Shown piece by piece: positions 1 through 8,535 of a stretch of 59,099 bases of DNA. The DNA is taken from the IMG/VR virus record IMGVR_UViG_3300036799_000025, positions 1-59,099 of that record; one strand, given 5' to 3'. Every line of letters begins with the position of its first letter. The stretch's first letter is position 1. Source of the stretch: a virus (taxonomy: Duplodnaviria > Caudoviricetes). Made by a program: the position numbers and the translations under genes. The notes under the pieces are model-generated. The model had not been told where the DNA came from and did no database searches. It was given only the letters and a program-made list of their open reading frames with translations.

Positions 1-127
1 GCGCTGAATTGCTCAGCGACGTCGCGCAGCGTCTTCTGTGCGCCCTGTGGTGCGATTGCGATTGCGGTCATCGTCGATCTCCTGACTGAGTGAGCTGTCG
101 CTCGCGCTGCCGTCGTGCAGCGTCGAG
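1..127. repeat. Terminal direct repeat, copy 1 (assembly overlap of a circular contig)
   Basis: 1-127 is identical to 58973-59099; 127 is a common assembler k-mer length. Confidence 0.95.
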
Positions 128-128
128 C
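100..128 (-). promoter_or_regulatory. Leader hairpin with ACGACG loop (copy 1)
   Basis: Minus strand GCTCG-A-CGCTGC-ACGACG-GCAGCG-CGAGC in the leader of the DUF932 gene, across the circular junction. Confidence 0.7.
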
Positions 129-146
129 ATCGAACAACGTCCTAGG

Positions 147-176
147 AACCTACAGTGCCTAGCTTGCGCTCGCAAG
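147..176 (-). promoter_or_regulatory. Sigma70-like promoter P1 with palindrome over -35
   Basis: TTGCGA-N17-TAGGTT; CTTGCG-AG-CGCAAG overlaps -35. Confidence 0.75.
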
Positions 177-191
177 TACTAGGCTAAGTGC

Positions 192-476
192 TTACGGCGC
201 ATCGACTAGGCAGTGCGCTTTCTGCCAGCTCGCAGGCTCGTCGCCGCAAGGGCAGAGGCGCTGTACAGGGCGCGGGTTCATGAGCGCGCCGGTCGACTCG
301 TCGACGTCGTACTCGATCGCGTCGCCGATCTTGAGCTTCGCCGGTGCCCACTGCTTCAGCGTCGCGGGGTGCATCTTCAGGACGAAACCTGAGTCGAGTA
401 AGAAGGCGAAGCGCGGCGGCTTGCCTGCCGCGACGCTGCTCATCGCTTTGATCTTTCCAGTCTTCGTGATGCTCAT
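192..476 (-). CDS. Hypothetical protein, possible cold-shock/OB-like fold with C-terminal CxC
   Basis: TGKIK...LKIGDAIEYDV resembles the CSD pattern; coupled to the upstream gene. Confidence 0.45.
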   Translation of the reverse strand: MSITKTGKIKAMSSVAAGKPPRFAFLLDSGFVLKMHPATLKQWAPAKLKIGDAIEYDVDESTGALMNPRPVQRLCPCGDEPASWQKAHCLVDAP

Positions 477-1060
477 CGGATTTCCTCATACGTGTCGATT
501 GTTGGCGTGACGCTGCCGTCAGGATTTCCCATCTCCGGTTTGATCTGATACTGCCACGGCTCGCCGATGAGAAAGCGCTCATGACCGCAGACGATGATCA
601 CAGCAAGCATTGTCCTGCGCACCTGCTTCAGATAGTCGCGCAGCGCGCCGTCTTGTCGCCACACGCCTTTGTGTTTCGGCTTCACGTGCACGACGATGCA
701 GCGATCGTCAGGCGCGGCCTGCACTTCGAGCACAGCCTTCACCTTGTCAGGTCGCAGCTCAGGCGGCAGGATGCCGAGCCGCCAGAGGCACGACCACGTC
801 TTGCACACGCCAGGACGCGTCTCGTAAATCGCGCAGCCGCGATGATTGCGTGAGTGCTCGCACGTCTCGCCGTACTTCGTGTCGACGCCGTCTTCGTGCA
901 CGGCGAGAATCGAGCAGCACATCGAGCACGCGCCGCATTCGCGACCAGGCCAGAGCACAGGCAGCACGTGGCCTGTCGGCAGCATGCGACCCTTTGTCTC
1001 TTCTGTGATGCGCGGCGTCTCATTGATATGCAGAATGATCGGCAACTCGCGCGTGTTCAT
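473..1060 (-). CDS. YkgJ-like cysteine-cluster (CxxCxxCC) metal-binding protein
   Basis: RECGACSMCC...CEH...GCAIYETRPGVCKTWSCLW. Confidence 0.75.
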   Translation of the reverse strand: MNTRELPIILHINETPRITEETKGRMLPTGHVLPVLWPGRECGACSMCCSILAVHEDGVDTKYGETCEHSRNHRGCAIYETRPGVCKTWSCLWRLGILPPELRPDKVKAVLEVQAAPDDRCIVVHVKPKHKGVWRQDGALRDYLKQVRRTMLAVIIVCGHERFLIGEPWQYQIKPEMGNPDGSVTPTIDTYEEIR

Positions 1061-1287
1061 GCTGCTGCCTCATTGATTGCTGTCACGACTTCGTCGAGCG
1101 AATCGACTGCACTTTCGAGCGCATCAGCGGCTGCCTCTGCCTGCTGTCCGCGCTCGCTATCACGCAGTCCGTCAGGCATCGCTTCGTATGCTTCCTGCTC
1201 TTCATCGCGCAGCGCTTCGAGCTGCGTCTTCAGGTTCTCTAGCTCGCCGCTGATCTTCGCGAGCGCAGCGCGTCGCTTGCTATTCAT
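1057..1287 (-). CDS. Conserved small helical phage protein
   Basis: MNSKRR...EEQEAYEAMPDGLRDSERG pattern common in phages; start reassigned to 1287. Confidence 0.7.
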   Translation of the reverse strand: MNSKRRAALAKISGELENLKTQLEALRDEEQEAYEAMPDGLRDSERGQQAEAAADALESAVDSLDEVVTAINEAAA

Positions 1288-1762
1288 CGGCGCTCGCCTG
1301 CGCTTCGAGCTGCGCGACCGCGCGCTTCGCAGCCGCGCGACGCGGTTTGAGTATCTGCTCAATCTTCTCGCTCGTGACACCTGCCTGCTTGAACGCATCT
1401 TCCCACGAATCGCCGTGCCCACGCACGCCGATCGCGAGCGCGCCGATCGCACCGACAGCGTAGCGTCGCCGCCAGCAGATGCCTTGCAACTCCTGCTCGC
1501 GAGTGCGCCACGCAGTGACAGCAGCCGTACGCTCACGCCATGCGTTGCGAAACTCACCAAGCGTCATCTCATCGCTATATCCCTGATCGAAGATCGACAC
1601 CATGACGGGTTTCTTCTCGCGCATCTCGTGTAGCTCTTTGAGCGCTGCTTTGCGCTGCTCAGGCGTCGATGCGCTGCGAGCGCCGCGATCTTCGACCCAC
1701 GGCTTGCTTGTGCTGAATGCGACGCGTGCGATCTGCAGCGCCTGTGCTCTCGTGATTCTCAT
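1280..1762 (-). CDS. Hypothetical protein
   Basis: Tiles with its neighbours in the operon. Confidence 0.6.
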   Translation of the reverse strand: MRITRAQALQIARVAFSTSKPWVEDRGARSASTPEQRKAALKELHEMREKKPVMVSIFDQGYSDEMTLGEFRNAWRERTAAVTAWRTREQELQGICWRRRYAVGAIGALAIGVRGHGDSWEDAFKQAGVTSEKIEQILKPRRAAAKRAVAQLEAQASADE

Positions 1763-1765
1763 CGC

Positions 1766-1975
1766 TCATGCCTCGCTTAGGTGCGCGCTCACGCGCAGGT
1801 AAAAGTCGCTCAAGCCTTCGTGCTCAGAGCGACTGAAAAGTTGTACACAACTCTCAGCACGCCGCTGTGCGTACGCGCGATGTTCGCTCGGATCGATACT
1901 GCTCTCGCGCGCATCCTTCAGAAAGCGACGCGCGCACTCATCGACCGTCTCGCCCCACAGGTTCTGCTCTCTCAT
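1766..1975 (-). CDS. Hypothetical protein
   Basis: ATGA-type overlap with the upstream gene. Confidence 0.55.
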   Translation of the reverse strand: MREQNLWGETVDECARRFLKDARESSIDPSEHRAYAQRRAESCVQLFSRSEHEGLSDFYLRVSAHLSEA

Positions 1976-2256
1976 CGGCCTGCGCTCTTCGTGTCGAGCG
2001 GCTGCATTGCACGCTCGCTGCGCGCGAGTGCGCTCCTGATGCTAGCAAGTCGTCTCTGCAGCTCGTCGAGATATTGCGCGATCTCGTGCGGCTTGAGACG
2101 CTCGATCAAGCTGCTCAGCTCAACGAAGAGCTGCTCAGCGCGATCACGATGCCACGACGAAAGCGCGATGCCAATCTCTTCAGCATCTGAGTCAAAGAGA
2201 TCGCGTAGGATGCGCTCTTGGTCGTGCGCGTGCTGCTGCTGTTGTAGGTCGCTCAT
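1972..2256 (-). CDS. Hypothetical coiled-coil protein
   Basis: Likely start MSDLQQ at 2256, just after the upstream stop. Confidence 0.55.
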   Translation of the reverse strand: MSDLQQQQHAHDQERILRDLFDSDAEEIGIALSSWHRDRAEQLFVELSSLIERLKPHEIAQYLDELQRRLASIRSALARSERAMQPLDTKSAGR

Positions 2257-2258
2257 CG

Positions 2259-2699
2259 TTATCTCGCTCGCTTGATCGTGAGATGAAAGACTTCGCCACT
2301 CTTGAGCGTCACGACTAGGCCTTCGTCGCTCGTTAGCATGCCTGCGCTGCTGTATGACTCGATAAAGCGCGTAGTCAGCGCTGCTGTGCTGTGCCGCTCC
2401 CACGCAGTGCGCAGCAGGTGCGTGAGCTGATGCGAGAAGTCGTCTTCTGTGAGGCTCTCATCGTTCCAGATGACTGTCTCGCCTTCGAGCAGGCGCTGCA
2501 CACATGAGCGGCAGTGATTGCCCTTCAGGTGCTGCTCTGTCTCGTCATCGAGCCAGCTCGCGAGCGTGCCGCAGACCGTCTGCCCGCAGCCCTGACAGGT
2601 GACTACGTCGAGCGTGCACGAGCAGTACATCGCGCCCTGCTCGACGCGATGCTCGATGCCTTGCGCCTGCGTGATCGTGACTGCCTTCTCTGTGCTCAT
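2259..2699 (-). CDS. Hypothetical Cys-rich (Zn-binding) protein
   Basis: CSC..CQGCG..CG..CRSC; C-terminal GMLTSDEGLVV motif. Confidence 0.6.
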   Translation of the reverse strand: MSTEKAVTITQAQGIEHRVEQGAMYCSCTLDVVTCQGCGQTVCGTLASWLDDETEQHLKGNHCRSCVQRLLEGETVIWNDESLTEDDFSHQLTHLLRTAWERHSTAALTTRFIESYSSAGMLTSDEGLVVTLKSGEVFHLTIKRAR

Positions 2700-2724
2700 T
2701 GCTCTGCTCTCTCGTGAAAGGTGA

Positions 2725-3024
2725 TTAGGTCGAGAAAAAGACGAAGATGCTCTTCTCGTCGTAACTGCGCTCGATCGTGTAGCGCAGACCGAGCACGCGC
2801 GCGAGTGCGTCGATCTTGTTCTCTCTGAAGTACTCTGCCGCCTGCCCGAGCGGGTCCGTCGTCTCGTCGAAGCCGTCAGGATAGCCGACGCGGATACGTC
2901 GCTCGCCGATCACTTCGACGTCTGACAGCATGCCTGAGCGCTGCAGCATGCCCTTCGCGCGCTCAGCGAGCGTCTGTCGTGCGATCTGCATATCGAAGCG
3001 CGACGTCCAGTGTGCCTTAGCCAT
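2725..3024 (-). CDS. Hypothetical protein
   Basis: Start MAKAHW overlaps the upstream stop. Confidence 0.55.
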   Translation of the reverse strand: MAKAHWTSRFDMQIARQTLAERAKGMLQRSGMLSDVEVIGERRIRVGYPDGFDETTDPLGQAAEYFRENKIDALARVLGLRYTIERSYDEKSIFVFFST

Positions 3025-3391
3025 GACGCGCACCTGCACGAGTCGTGAAGCGGTGCAGCTCCTGCCCGTTATGCTCTGCATACGGCTGCTCACAGATCGT
3101 GCACCGCTCGCGCTCGATCTCCTGCTCGATCTGTGCGCCTTCGACGCGCTCGATCTCGTCACGCGACAGCGCGCTGCCGTCCTGATAGACTGCCGACCAT
3201 CCGGTGTGCGGCTCAGTGCTCAGCGCGATTGCTGCATACGAGCGCACGCGCTTCGACTCGCGCTCAGCGAGAACACGCGCGCCCTGCGACGTCGCACGCG
3301 TGCCGACAAACTGCAGGCGCACGCCGTTAAAGAATCGATCGCTCGGTCGATCGCGAGCAATCAAGCTCGCGACAGTGTAGACGATGTACAT
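3017..3391 (-). CDS. Hypothetical protein with C-terminal CxxC..H..H
   Basis: AGGAG RBS before MYIVY; CTICEQPYAEH...LH. Confidence 0.55.
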   Translation of the reverse strand: MYIVYTVASLIARDRPSDRFFNGVRLQFVGTRATSQGARVLAERESKRVRSYAAIALSTEPHTGWSAVYQDGSALSRDEIERVEGAQIEQEIERERCTICEQPYAEHNGQELHRFTTRAGARHG

Positions 3392-3413
3392 CTGCTGTGA
3401 TCTCCTGTCAGGG

Positions 3414-4193
3414 TTAGATGCGAACAAACTCGATGCGACCGTTGCCACCGCTGACGCGCTGCACCTTCATGCCGAGAGGCGTCAGCATCACGATCTGACC
3501 GCGAATCGAATTGAGCGCTGCGATCTCGCGCTGCAGCTCTGTCGAGAGCTTCGCGTGCCGATACGAGTGATCGACGGTCGTCGTCAGCGCGCGCTCGATC
3601 GCCCAAACGGCTGCGCGCTGCGCTGCTTCCTGATCGAGCAGCTCGCTGAGCTTCGACTCAGTCGCGAGCTTGTCGAGCTGCTCACCGAGCTGCTGCGCGT
3701 TGCGCTGCATCGAGTCAGCGACGCGATCGAGCGCCGCCTTCGCGTTCTGCATCATGCGCTCGCGCTTCGCTGATGCGGTCGACTGCAGCGTGTCGCGCTC
3801 TTGCGCGTCGAGCTGCGCATTACGAGCTGCGATCGAGCGACCGTTCTCGTCGACTTCGTCGCCGTCGTTCATGCCGTACGGCAGCGTCTCGACAAGGAAG
3901 AGATACTCGCCTGTGCTGAGATCGACGCCTTCGCACTCATCGTGAATGCGATTGACGATCTGCTCACCTTTCTCTGTCAGCAGGTCGATCACGATGCGAC
4001 CGCCCTTCGGGCCGCGCGTGACGATGAATTGCACGAGCCCTGCGCGCTGCAGCACGCGAAACGTGCGCGCATTGATCTTTGGCTGCTTGCGCGCTGCTGT
4101 CGTGTTGCCTGAGATCCTGCACAGCGCTTGCTGATGCAGGCGGCTGAGCGCAACGCGCTCGCGGATGATGTACTTGCGGGTCTCTGTCGTCAT
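3414..4193 (-). CDS. Hypothetical protein, winged-helix-like N-terminus plus coiled coil
   Basis: RTFRVLQRAGLV...LTEKG; first gene after P2. Confidence 0.6.
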   Translation of the reverse strand: MTTETRKYIIRERVALSRLHQQALCRISGNTTAARKQPKINARTFRVLQRAGLVQFIVTRGPKGGRIVIDLLTEKGEQIVNRIHDECEGVDLSTGEYLFLVETLPYGMNDGDEVDENGRSIAARNAQLDAQERDTLQSTASAKRERMMQNAKAALDRVADSMQRNAQQLGEQLDKLATESKLSELLDQEAAQRAAVWAIERALTTTVDHSYRHAKLSTELQREIAALNSIRGQIVMLTPLGMKVQRVSGGNGRIEFVRI

Positions 4194-4218
4194 TGTCTCT
4201 TCTCGCGTGAAGGATCAG

Positions 4219-4246
4219 TCAGTGCAGGTCGTCGTACCTGCACTGA
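4219..4246 (-). promoter_or_regulatory. Leader hairpin with ACGACG loop (copy 2)
   Basis: TCAGTGCAGGT-ACGACG-ACCTGCACTGA, perfect 11-bp stem. Confidence 0.75.
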
Positions 4247-4248
4247 GA

Positions 4249-4278
4249 AGTCTACGCTAGGCAGCTTGCGCGCGCAAG
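4249..4278 (-). promoter_or_regulatory. Sigma70-like promoter P2 with palindrome over -35
   Basis: TTGCGC-N17-TAGACT; CTTGCG-CG-CGCAAG. Confidence 0.75.
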
Positions 4279-4293
4279 TAGCCTCATAAGCGC

Positions 4294-4324
4294 AAGAAAG
4301 GCAGGCGATTAGCCTGCCCTTCCT
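4294..4324 (-). terminator. Intrinsic terminator
   Basis: GGCAGGC-TAATC-GCCTGCC followed by TTTCTT, after the DUF6011 gene. Confidence 0.65.
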
Positions 4325-4346
4325 GTGTCAGTTTGAGACTGTCGAG

Positions 4347-5123
4347 CTACTTCGTCGCGCAGATTGGGCCGATGCCGCTCTCGATCGACTCAGGGACGGT
4401 CAGCGTGCGACCACAGCGACCGCACCGGCCTTCGTGCCAGACTTCGACGCGCGCGTCTTCGAGATGCTTCATCAGCCACGAGAACGCGATCGCGCTCGGA
4501 GCGCTCGCAGCGACGCGCGACTTACGCGTGACGCGAAAGCCGTCGGCGAAGATCGTTCCGATATAGGCAAAGTCGCCTGTGTTGTCAGCGCCGTTGAGCA
4601 GCGAGACGAAGTAGACAGGCATCATGCCGGGGCGACACTTCGCAGGATCACTCTGCTGCACTTTGTACGTGAAGCGCGTCTGCGTCGCCTTCGAGCGCAC
4701 CGTAAAGATCGCGTTGCCTGCGAGGATGAAGCCTTTGCGCTTGCCTGCGGCGAGCTGACCGCGCATCGTGCGCGCGATCGCGTCGCTGTCTTCGATCGCG
4801 ACGAAGGCGCTCTCGACCTGCGCAGGCGCTGCTGCGACAGGCGCTGCAGCCTTTGCGATCGCGTGTGCTGACGTGTAGTGCGCGAGTACTGCCGCTTCGA
4901 TCTGCTTGCGCGCCTTAACCTCGAAGGCGAGATCGTCGAGCGAGTCGAAGAATTGACGCACTGTCTCGCTGGCAACGGCACCCATGTTTTTTTCGAGCAG
5001 CTCGATGATCTCGACGATCAGCGCGTCGAGCTGCTGCTGCTGCTGCTGCGTGCGCGTGTCGGCCTTCGTGTCGACTGCGATCTCGCCGTCGAGCATTGAG
5101 TGAAACTCTGCGAGCGTCATCAT
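4347..5123 (-). CDS. DUF6011-type Zn-ribbon phage protein
   Basis: AGNAIFTVRS..RFTYKV..WHEGRCGRCGRTLTVPESIESGIGPIC. Confidence 0.8.
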   Translation of the reverse strand: MMTLAEFHSMLDGEIAVDTKADTRTQQQQQQLDALIVEIIELLEKNMGAVASETVRQFFDSLDDLAFEVKARKQIEAAVLAHYTSAHAIAKAAAPVAAAPAQVESAFVAIEDSDAIARTMRGQLAAGKRKGFILAGNAIFTVRSKATQTRFTYKVQQSDPAKCRPGMMPVYFVSLLNGADNTGDFAYIGTIFADGFRVTRKSRVAASAPSAIAFSWLMKHLEDARVEVWHEGRCGRCGRTLTVPESIESGIGPICATK

Positions 5124-5124
5124 G

Positions 5125-5331
5125 TTAGCGGCCCTCTGTGCTATGCACTGTTGCGACGTGTTCGCGCCACGCCTTGTACGCCTCTGCGCGAGGATTCGGG
5201 AAGCAACTCGCGTCAAAATCCATCGACGCCCACCCGCACTCACAAGACACGTGATACGAGATGCGAGCGCCAAGACACTTGTGCCCCTTTGTCGTCTTCG
5301 CCGGTCGTGCTGTCGTTGCTGCCATCGTCAT
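5125..5331 (-). CDS. Small hypothetical protein (CxCG..H)
   Basis: First ORF after P3; GAAGAGG RBS. Confidence 0.55.
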   Translation of the reverse strand: MTMAATTARPAKTTKGHKCLGARISYHVSCECGWASMDFDASCFPNPRAEAYKAWREHVATVHSTEGR

Positions 5332-5356
5332 CCTCTTCGCGTAGGGTGTCTCTCTC

Positions 5357-5381
5357 GTCGGTCGCCGTCGTGCGACCTGAC
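5357..5381 (-). promoter_or_regulatory. Leader hairpin with ACGACG loop (copy 3)
   Basis: GTC-A-GGTCGC-ACGACG-GCGACC-GAC. Confidence 0.7.
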
Positions 5382-5384
5382 TAC

Positions 5385-5414
5385 ATTCTATAGCACGCAG
5401 CTTGCGCGCGCAAG
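5385..5414 (-). promoter_or_regulatory. Sigma70-like promoter P3 with palindrome over -35
   Basis: TTGCGC-N17-TAGAAT; CTTGCG-CG-CGCAAG. Confidence 0.8.
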
Positions 5415-5723
5415 TAGCGTAGCTAAGTCGTTGAGCAGCAAGCGACTGCCCGCTCGTTTCTGAGAGCAGCTCTCGCGAGAAGATGTCTTTTCAGGACAGG
5501 CGCAGGCGTTCGATCGTTCTTAACTAGGCATGAGACTGCGATGCACCTGCTGCCGCGTGCCGATGATCGTGCCGACGCGACGCCCGTATCCTATCCTGAG
5601 CTTCTGTGATCGCTGTCGCGCACTCCTGCGCGGCGAGCTGCGCGCAGACGAGCCTAGAATCGACGCTGCGCCGTCTAGCGTCGCGCCTGAGCGCCTATCG
5701 CTGATCTGACGAACGAGTAAGCG

Positions 5724-6530
5724 TCAGCAGCCTGGCAGGCGTTTACGCAGCAGCGCAGGGCAGGGCAGCGGCTTCGAGATCGCGATGCCGACGAAGGCGC
5801 GCGTCGCAGGGCTCGGGTACGTGAAGCCGTAGCCGAAGACGAGCGCGAGGCGCGAGCGATCGTCAGCGCTGAGATCCTTCTGCAGCACAGGCGACGGGCA
5901 CACGCTCGGATCCTGCTCGACGTGATCGATCGAGATCTTCGCCCAGCTCACGAGTGAGTCTGTGCCTGGCCGCACCGGCTTCACAGTCAGCAGCGCGTCG
6001 CGCATGCCGAGCGTGTTGACCTTCGACGTACAGCCGAGACGTGCGCTGAGCCCGAGCGGGTCAAGCGCGAAGCTCGCGTCGATCGCGCCCTTCGCAGGCG
6101 GCGCAGGCAGCGTCACGACGGCGTGCATCGTGTACGGCTCCTGTCTGACGTCGAAGACGCCGAGCCGTGCACCTGATGCGGTCTCAGTCGTCGCACTCGA
6201 TGCTTCACGATTCGTCACGCTCTTCGTTGCGATCAGCACGCCGAGCTGCAAGAGCGCGCGGCGCATCTCGCCTAGCTCCTGATCGTACGCATCGCTCTTC
6301 TGTACCTGCTGAATCACGAGCCGCTGAAAGCCGAGCGAGTCGCGCAGCATGCGCGTCGTGTCAGCCTTCGCGCGCGCCTGCGATTCTGCGAGCGCTGCAC
6401 GTGCATCAGCGCCGCGTGCGGTGTTCAGCTCCCACATCAGGCCAATGATCACGACGAGCATGATCACAAACGCGATCGCGATCGTCTTTGCCGTCGTGCT
6501 CGACGTCGCCCACGCTGTGCGCACCGACAT
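5724..6530 (-). CDS. Putative spanin-like lysis protein
   Basis: N-terminal TM, coiled coil, C-terminal amphipathic beta-hairpin; last gene of the lysis cassette. Confidence 0.5.
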   Translation of the reverse strand: MSVRTAWATSSTTAKTIAIAFVIMLVVIIGLMWELNTARGADARAALAESQARAKADTTRMLRDSLGFQRLVIQQVQKSDAYDQELGEMRRALLQLGVLIATKSVTNREASSATTETASGARLGVFDVRQEPYTMHAVVTLPAPPAKGAIDASFALDPLGLSARLGCTSKVNTLGMRDALLTVKPVRPGTDSLVSWAKISIDHVEQDPSVCPSPVLQKDLSADDRSRLALVFGYGFTYPSPATRAFVGIAISKPLPCPALLRKRLPGC

Positions 6531-7795
6531 TAGAGAGCGCTCCTGATATTCGTATCGAGTCCTGTCACGCGCGGGTCACTGACCCACGTATTCGCGTCGA
6601 CGTCGAAGAGCTTCGTCTGGCCGCGCAGCGTGTTGCGCCCGATGAAGGCGTCACTCTGCGGCGACAGCATCTGCTGCGCGAGAAAGAAGAGCGCATTCGC
6701 TGTGACGTCATTGTCAGAGACCTGAAACGGCGCGCGCGGCTGCTGCACGAGATAGATCGCACCGGAGCAGCGAAACGTATTGCGACTATAGACGTGATCG
6801 CACAGATCGCCGCCTTCGACAGTGAGCGCTGCAGGCCAGCACTCCGGTCCTGCCTCAAAGAGATTCGCGACGAGACGCACGCCCCACACTTTATTTACCG
6901 GCAGCGGGTTGCCGTTCTCGTCGACAAAGATGCTGTTGCCGTGATCATCGTAGCGCGGCGCGTCAGGCAAGATCGTGATGCTGCTCGATCCATTCTTGTA
7001 GCCCCAATTCCGAAACTTGTTACGCTGTATCAGCGCTGAGCGCGAGGCAGTCCACGAGCCGAGATGCGTCATGCCACCGCCCTGCAGGTCGCCGTCATTG
7101 TCTTCGACGAGCAGATCGACGATGCCAGTGCCTAGCTCGATGAAGTGACGCCCGACGCCGCCTGCGCAGGTGTTGCCTCTGAAGACAGGCGACGAGACGC
7201 CGCCGAGATTGACGCCGTCGCCCTGAAGCTGCATCGACGCGTCGCTGCCGAAGACGTTGTACTGCACCGTAAAGCGCTGCGTGTACGACTCGAATTGATT
7301 CTTGCTCAGGCCGAGGATGTTGAGCCCTGAATTACCCATCCCGTTCGGGAAGCGACAGTACTCGACGAGTCCATCTTCGATGAAGAAAAACTCGACCGGC
7401 GACGGCCAGTGCCCAACGTCATAGACCGGCAGCACGCGTGTTGAGAGATCATGAAAGCCGACGCCGCGCAGCGTCACCTTCTCTGCGATGCTCGTCTTGC
7501 CTGCACTCAGCAGCGACGGGTCAGGAAAGCCGAACGTGAGACACGTGCCGTTGCCGACTGACTTGTCAGCGCCCTCGCTGCTGTATTCGAGCACGCAGCC
7601 TGCTGCGCCTTCGATCGTGAGATTGCCGCGCATGCAGCGCACGACGCCGTCAGCGATCGAATACTTCGCGCCGCGCCCGATCGCGACGACGTCACCATCG
7701 TCAAGCTGCGCAAGATGACTGTTGAGCAAGCGCGCATTCTTTGCCGCCGACGAGCTTTGTGTCAGGCCGAGTGACGAGATCGCGTGACGTGCCAT
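6530..7795 (-). CDS. Right-handed beta-helix (pectin lyase-like) protein, putative depolymerase
   Basis: Repeated V/I-x-x-N-x-F beta-helix rungs; N-terminal GDVVAIGRG-KY pattern. Confidence 0.7.
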   Translation of the reverse strand: MARHAISSLGLTQSSSAAKNARLLNSHLAQLDDGDVVAIGRGAKYSIADGVVRCMRGNLTIEGAAGCVLEYSSEGADKSVGNGTCLTFGFPDPSLLSAGKTSIAEKVTLRGVGFHDLSTRVLPVYDVGHWPSPVEFFFIEDGLVEYCRFPNGMGNSGLNILGLSKNQFESYTQRFTVQYNVFGSDASMQLQGDGVNLGGVSSPVFRGNTCAGGVGRHFIELGTGIVDLLVEDNDGDLQGGGMTHLGSWTASRSALIQRNKFRNWGYKNGSSSITILPDAPRYDDHGNSIFVDENGNPLPVNKVWGVRLVANLFEAGPECWPAALTVEGGDLCDHVYSRNTFRCSGAIYLVQQPRAPFQVSDNDVTANALFFLAQQMLSPQSDAFIGRNTLRGQTKLFDVDANTWVSDPRVTGLDTNIRSAL

Positions 7796-7799
7796 TGCG

Positions 7800-8531
7800 C
7801 TATGCTCCTGCAGTCGAGCTGCTCGATGAAATGACGTCTGCGAAATCAGGCGACTTGATCAGCGCGATTGGCAGCCCGCGCAGGCGATCGAGCTGCACCG
7901 TGTTCGTGTCGAAGGCGAAGTCGCGCGGCACGCCTGCCGGGATCTCGCTGATGGTGCGCTCGTGCTGCTGCATCTGGAAGCCACGCACTGCAGGCACGTT
8001 GTCATCGTTGTACGCGCCCCAATAGTGCGTGAAGCGCAGCGCGTAGTACAGTGAGCGTCCACTCATGCCAGGGTTGAAGCCGACGTACTGCCCAGGCACG
8101 TAGCCACCGGCTGCGACGCGCGAATGCCACGCGTTGCAGTAGTCGATCGCGTCGCTCTCGTCGACGTCAGGGCCGACACCTTCGACGTCGAGCCACACGT
8201 TCACGCCTGCAGGCAGGCCGATGAGCTGACAGTGCTCGACTGCCGTGTCGCCGTACTCGACGCCGAGATCTTCGTCAGGCTGCCAGCCGTGCGGCTTCTC
8301 GCTGTCCGGGTGCACATGCTGCACCGCCATCAGCGCGAGTCCTGCGTCGAGAATGATCTGCGCCTCTTCGGTCGTGAGATCCCATCGATTGCGCGACTTG
8401 CGCCAGCAGTAGCGCACGGCGAAGTCGAATCGAGCCGCTTTGAATGCCTGCGCCGTGCGTGCAGTCAGCGGCGTATTCGTGTCGAAGCCGCGTGCGCCTG
8501 TCGGTAGCGTGTATACGTGTCCGCTCAGCAT
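7800..8531 (-). CDS. Endolysin, DUF1906/GH25-like glycoside hydrolase
   Basis: GFDT..FAVRY..LTxEE..ILDAGL..VWLDVE..YVPGQY; next to the holin. Confidence 0.8.
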   Translation of the reverse strand: MLSGHVYTLPTGARGFDTNTPLTARTAQAFKAARFDFAVRYCWRKSRNRWDLTTEEAQIILDAGLALMAVQHVHPDSEKPHGWQPDEDLGVEYGDTAVEHCQLIGLPAGVNVWLDVEGVGPDVDESDAIDYCNAWHSRVAAGGYVPGQYVGFNPGMSGRSLYYALRFTHYWGAYNDDNVPAVRGFQMQQHERTISEIPAGVPRDFAFDTNTVQLDRLRGLPIALIKSPDFADVISSSSSTAGA

Positions 8532-8535
8532 ATGC

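Noticed and set aside
1-127. 127-bp terminal repeat as a biological DTR
   Set aside because: The length equals a common assembler k-mer and it cuts through a gene start; best explained as circular assembly overlap
5420-5720. Non-coding gap as pac/cos or attP site
   Set aside because: Plausible position between late and early genes, but no diagnostic sequence; needs read-terminus data
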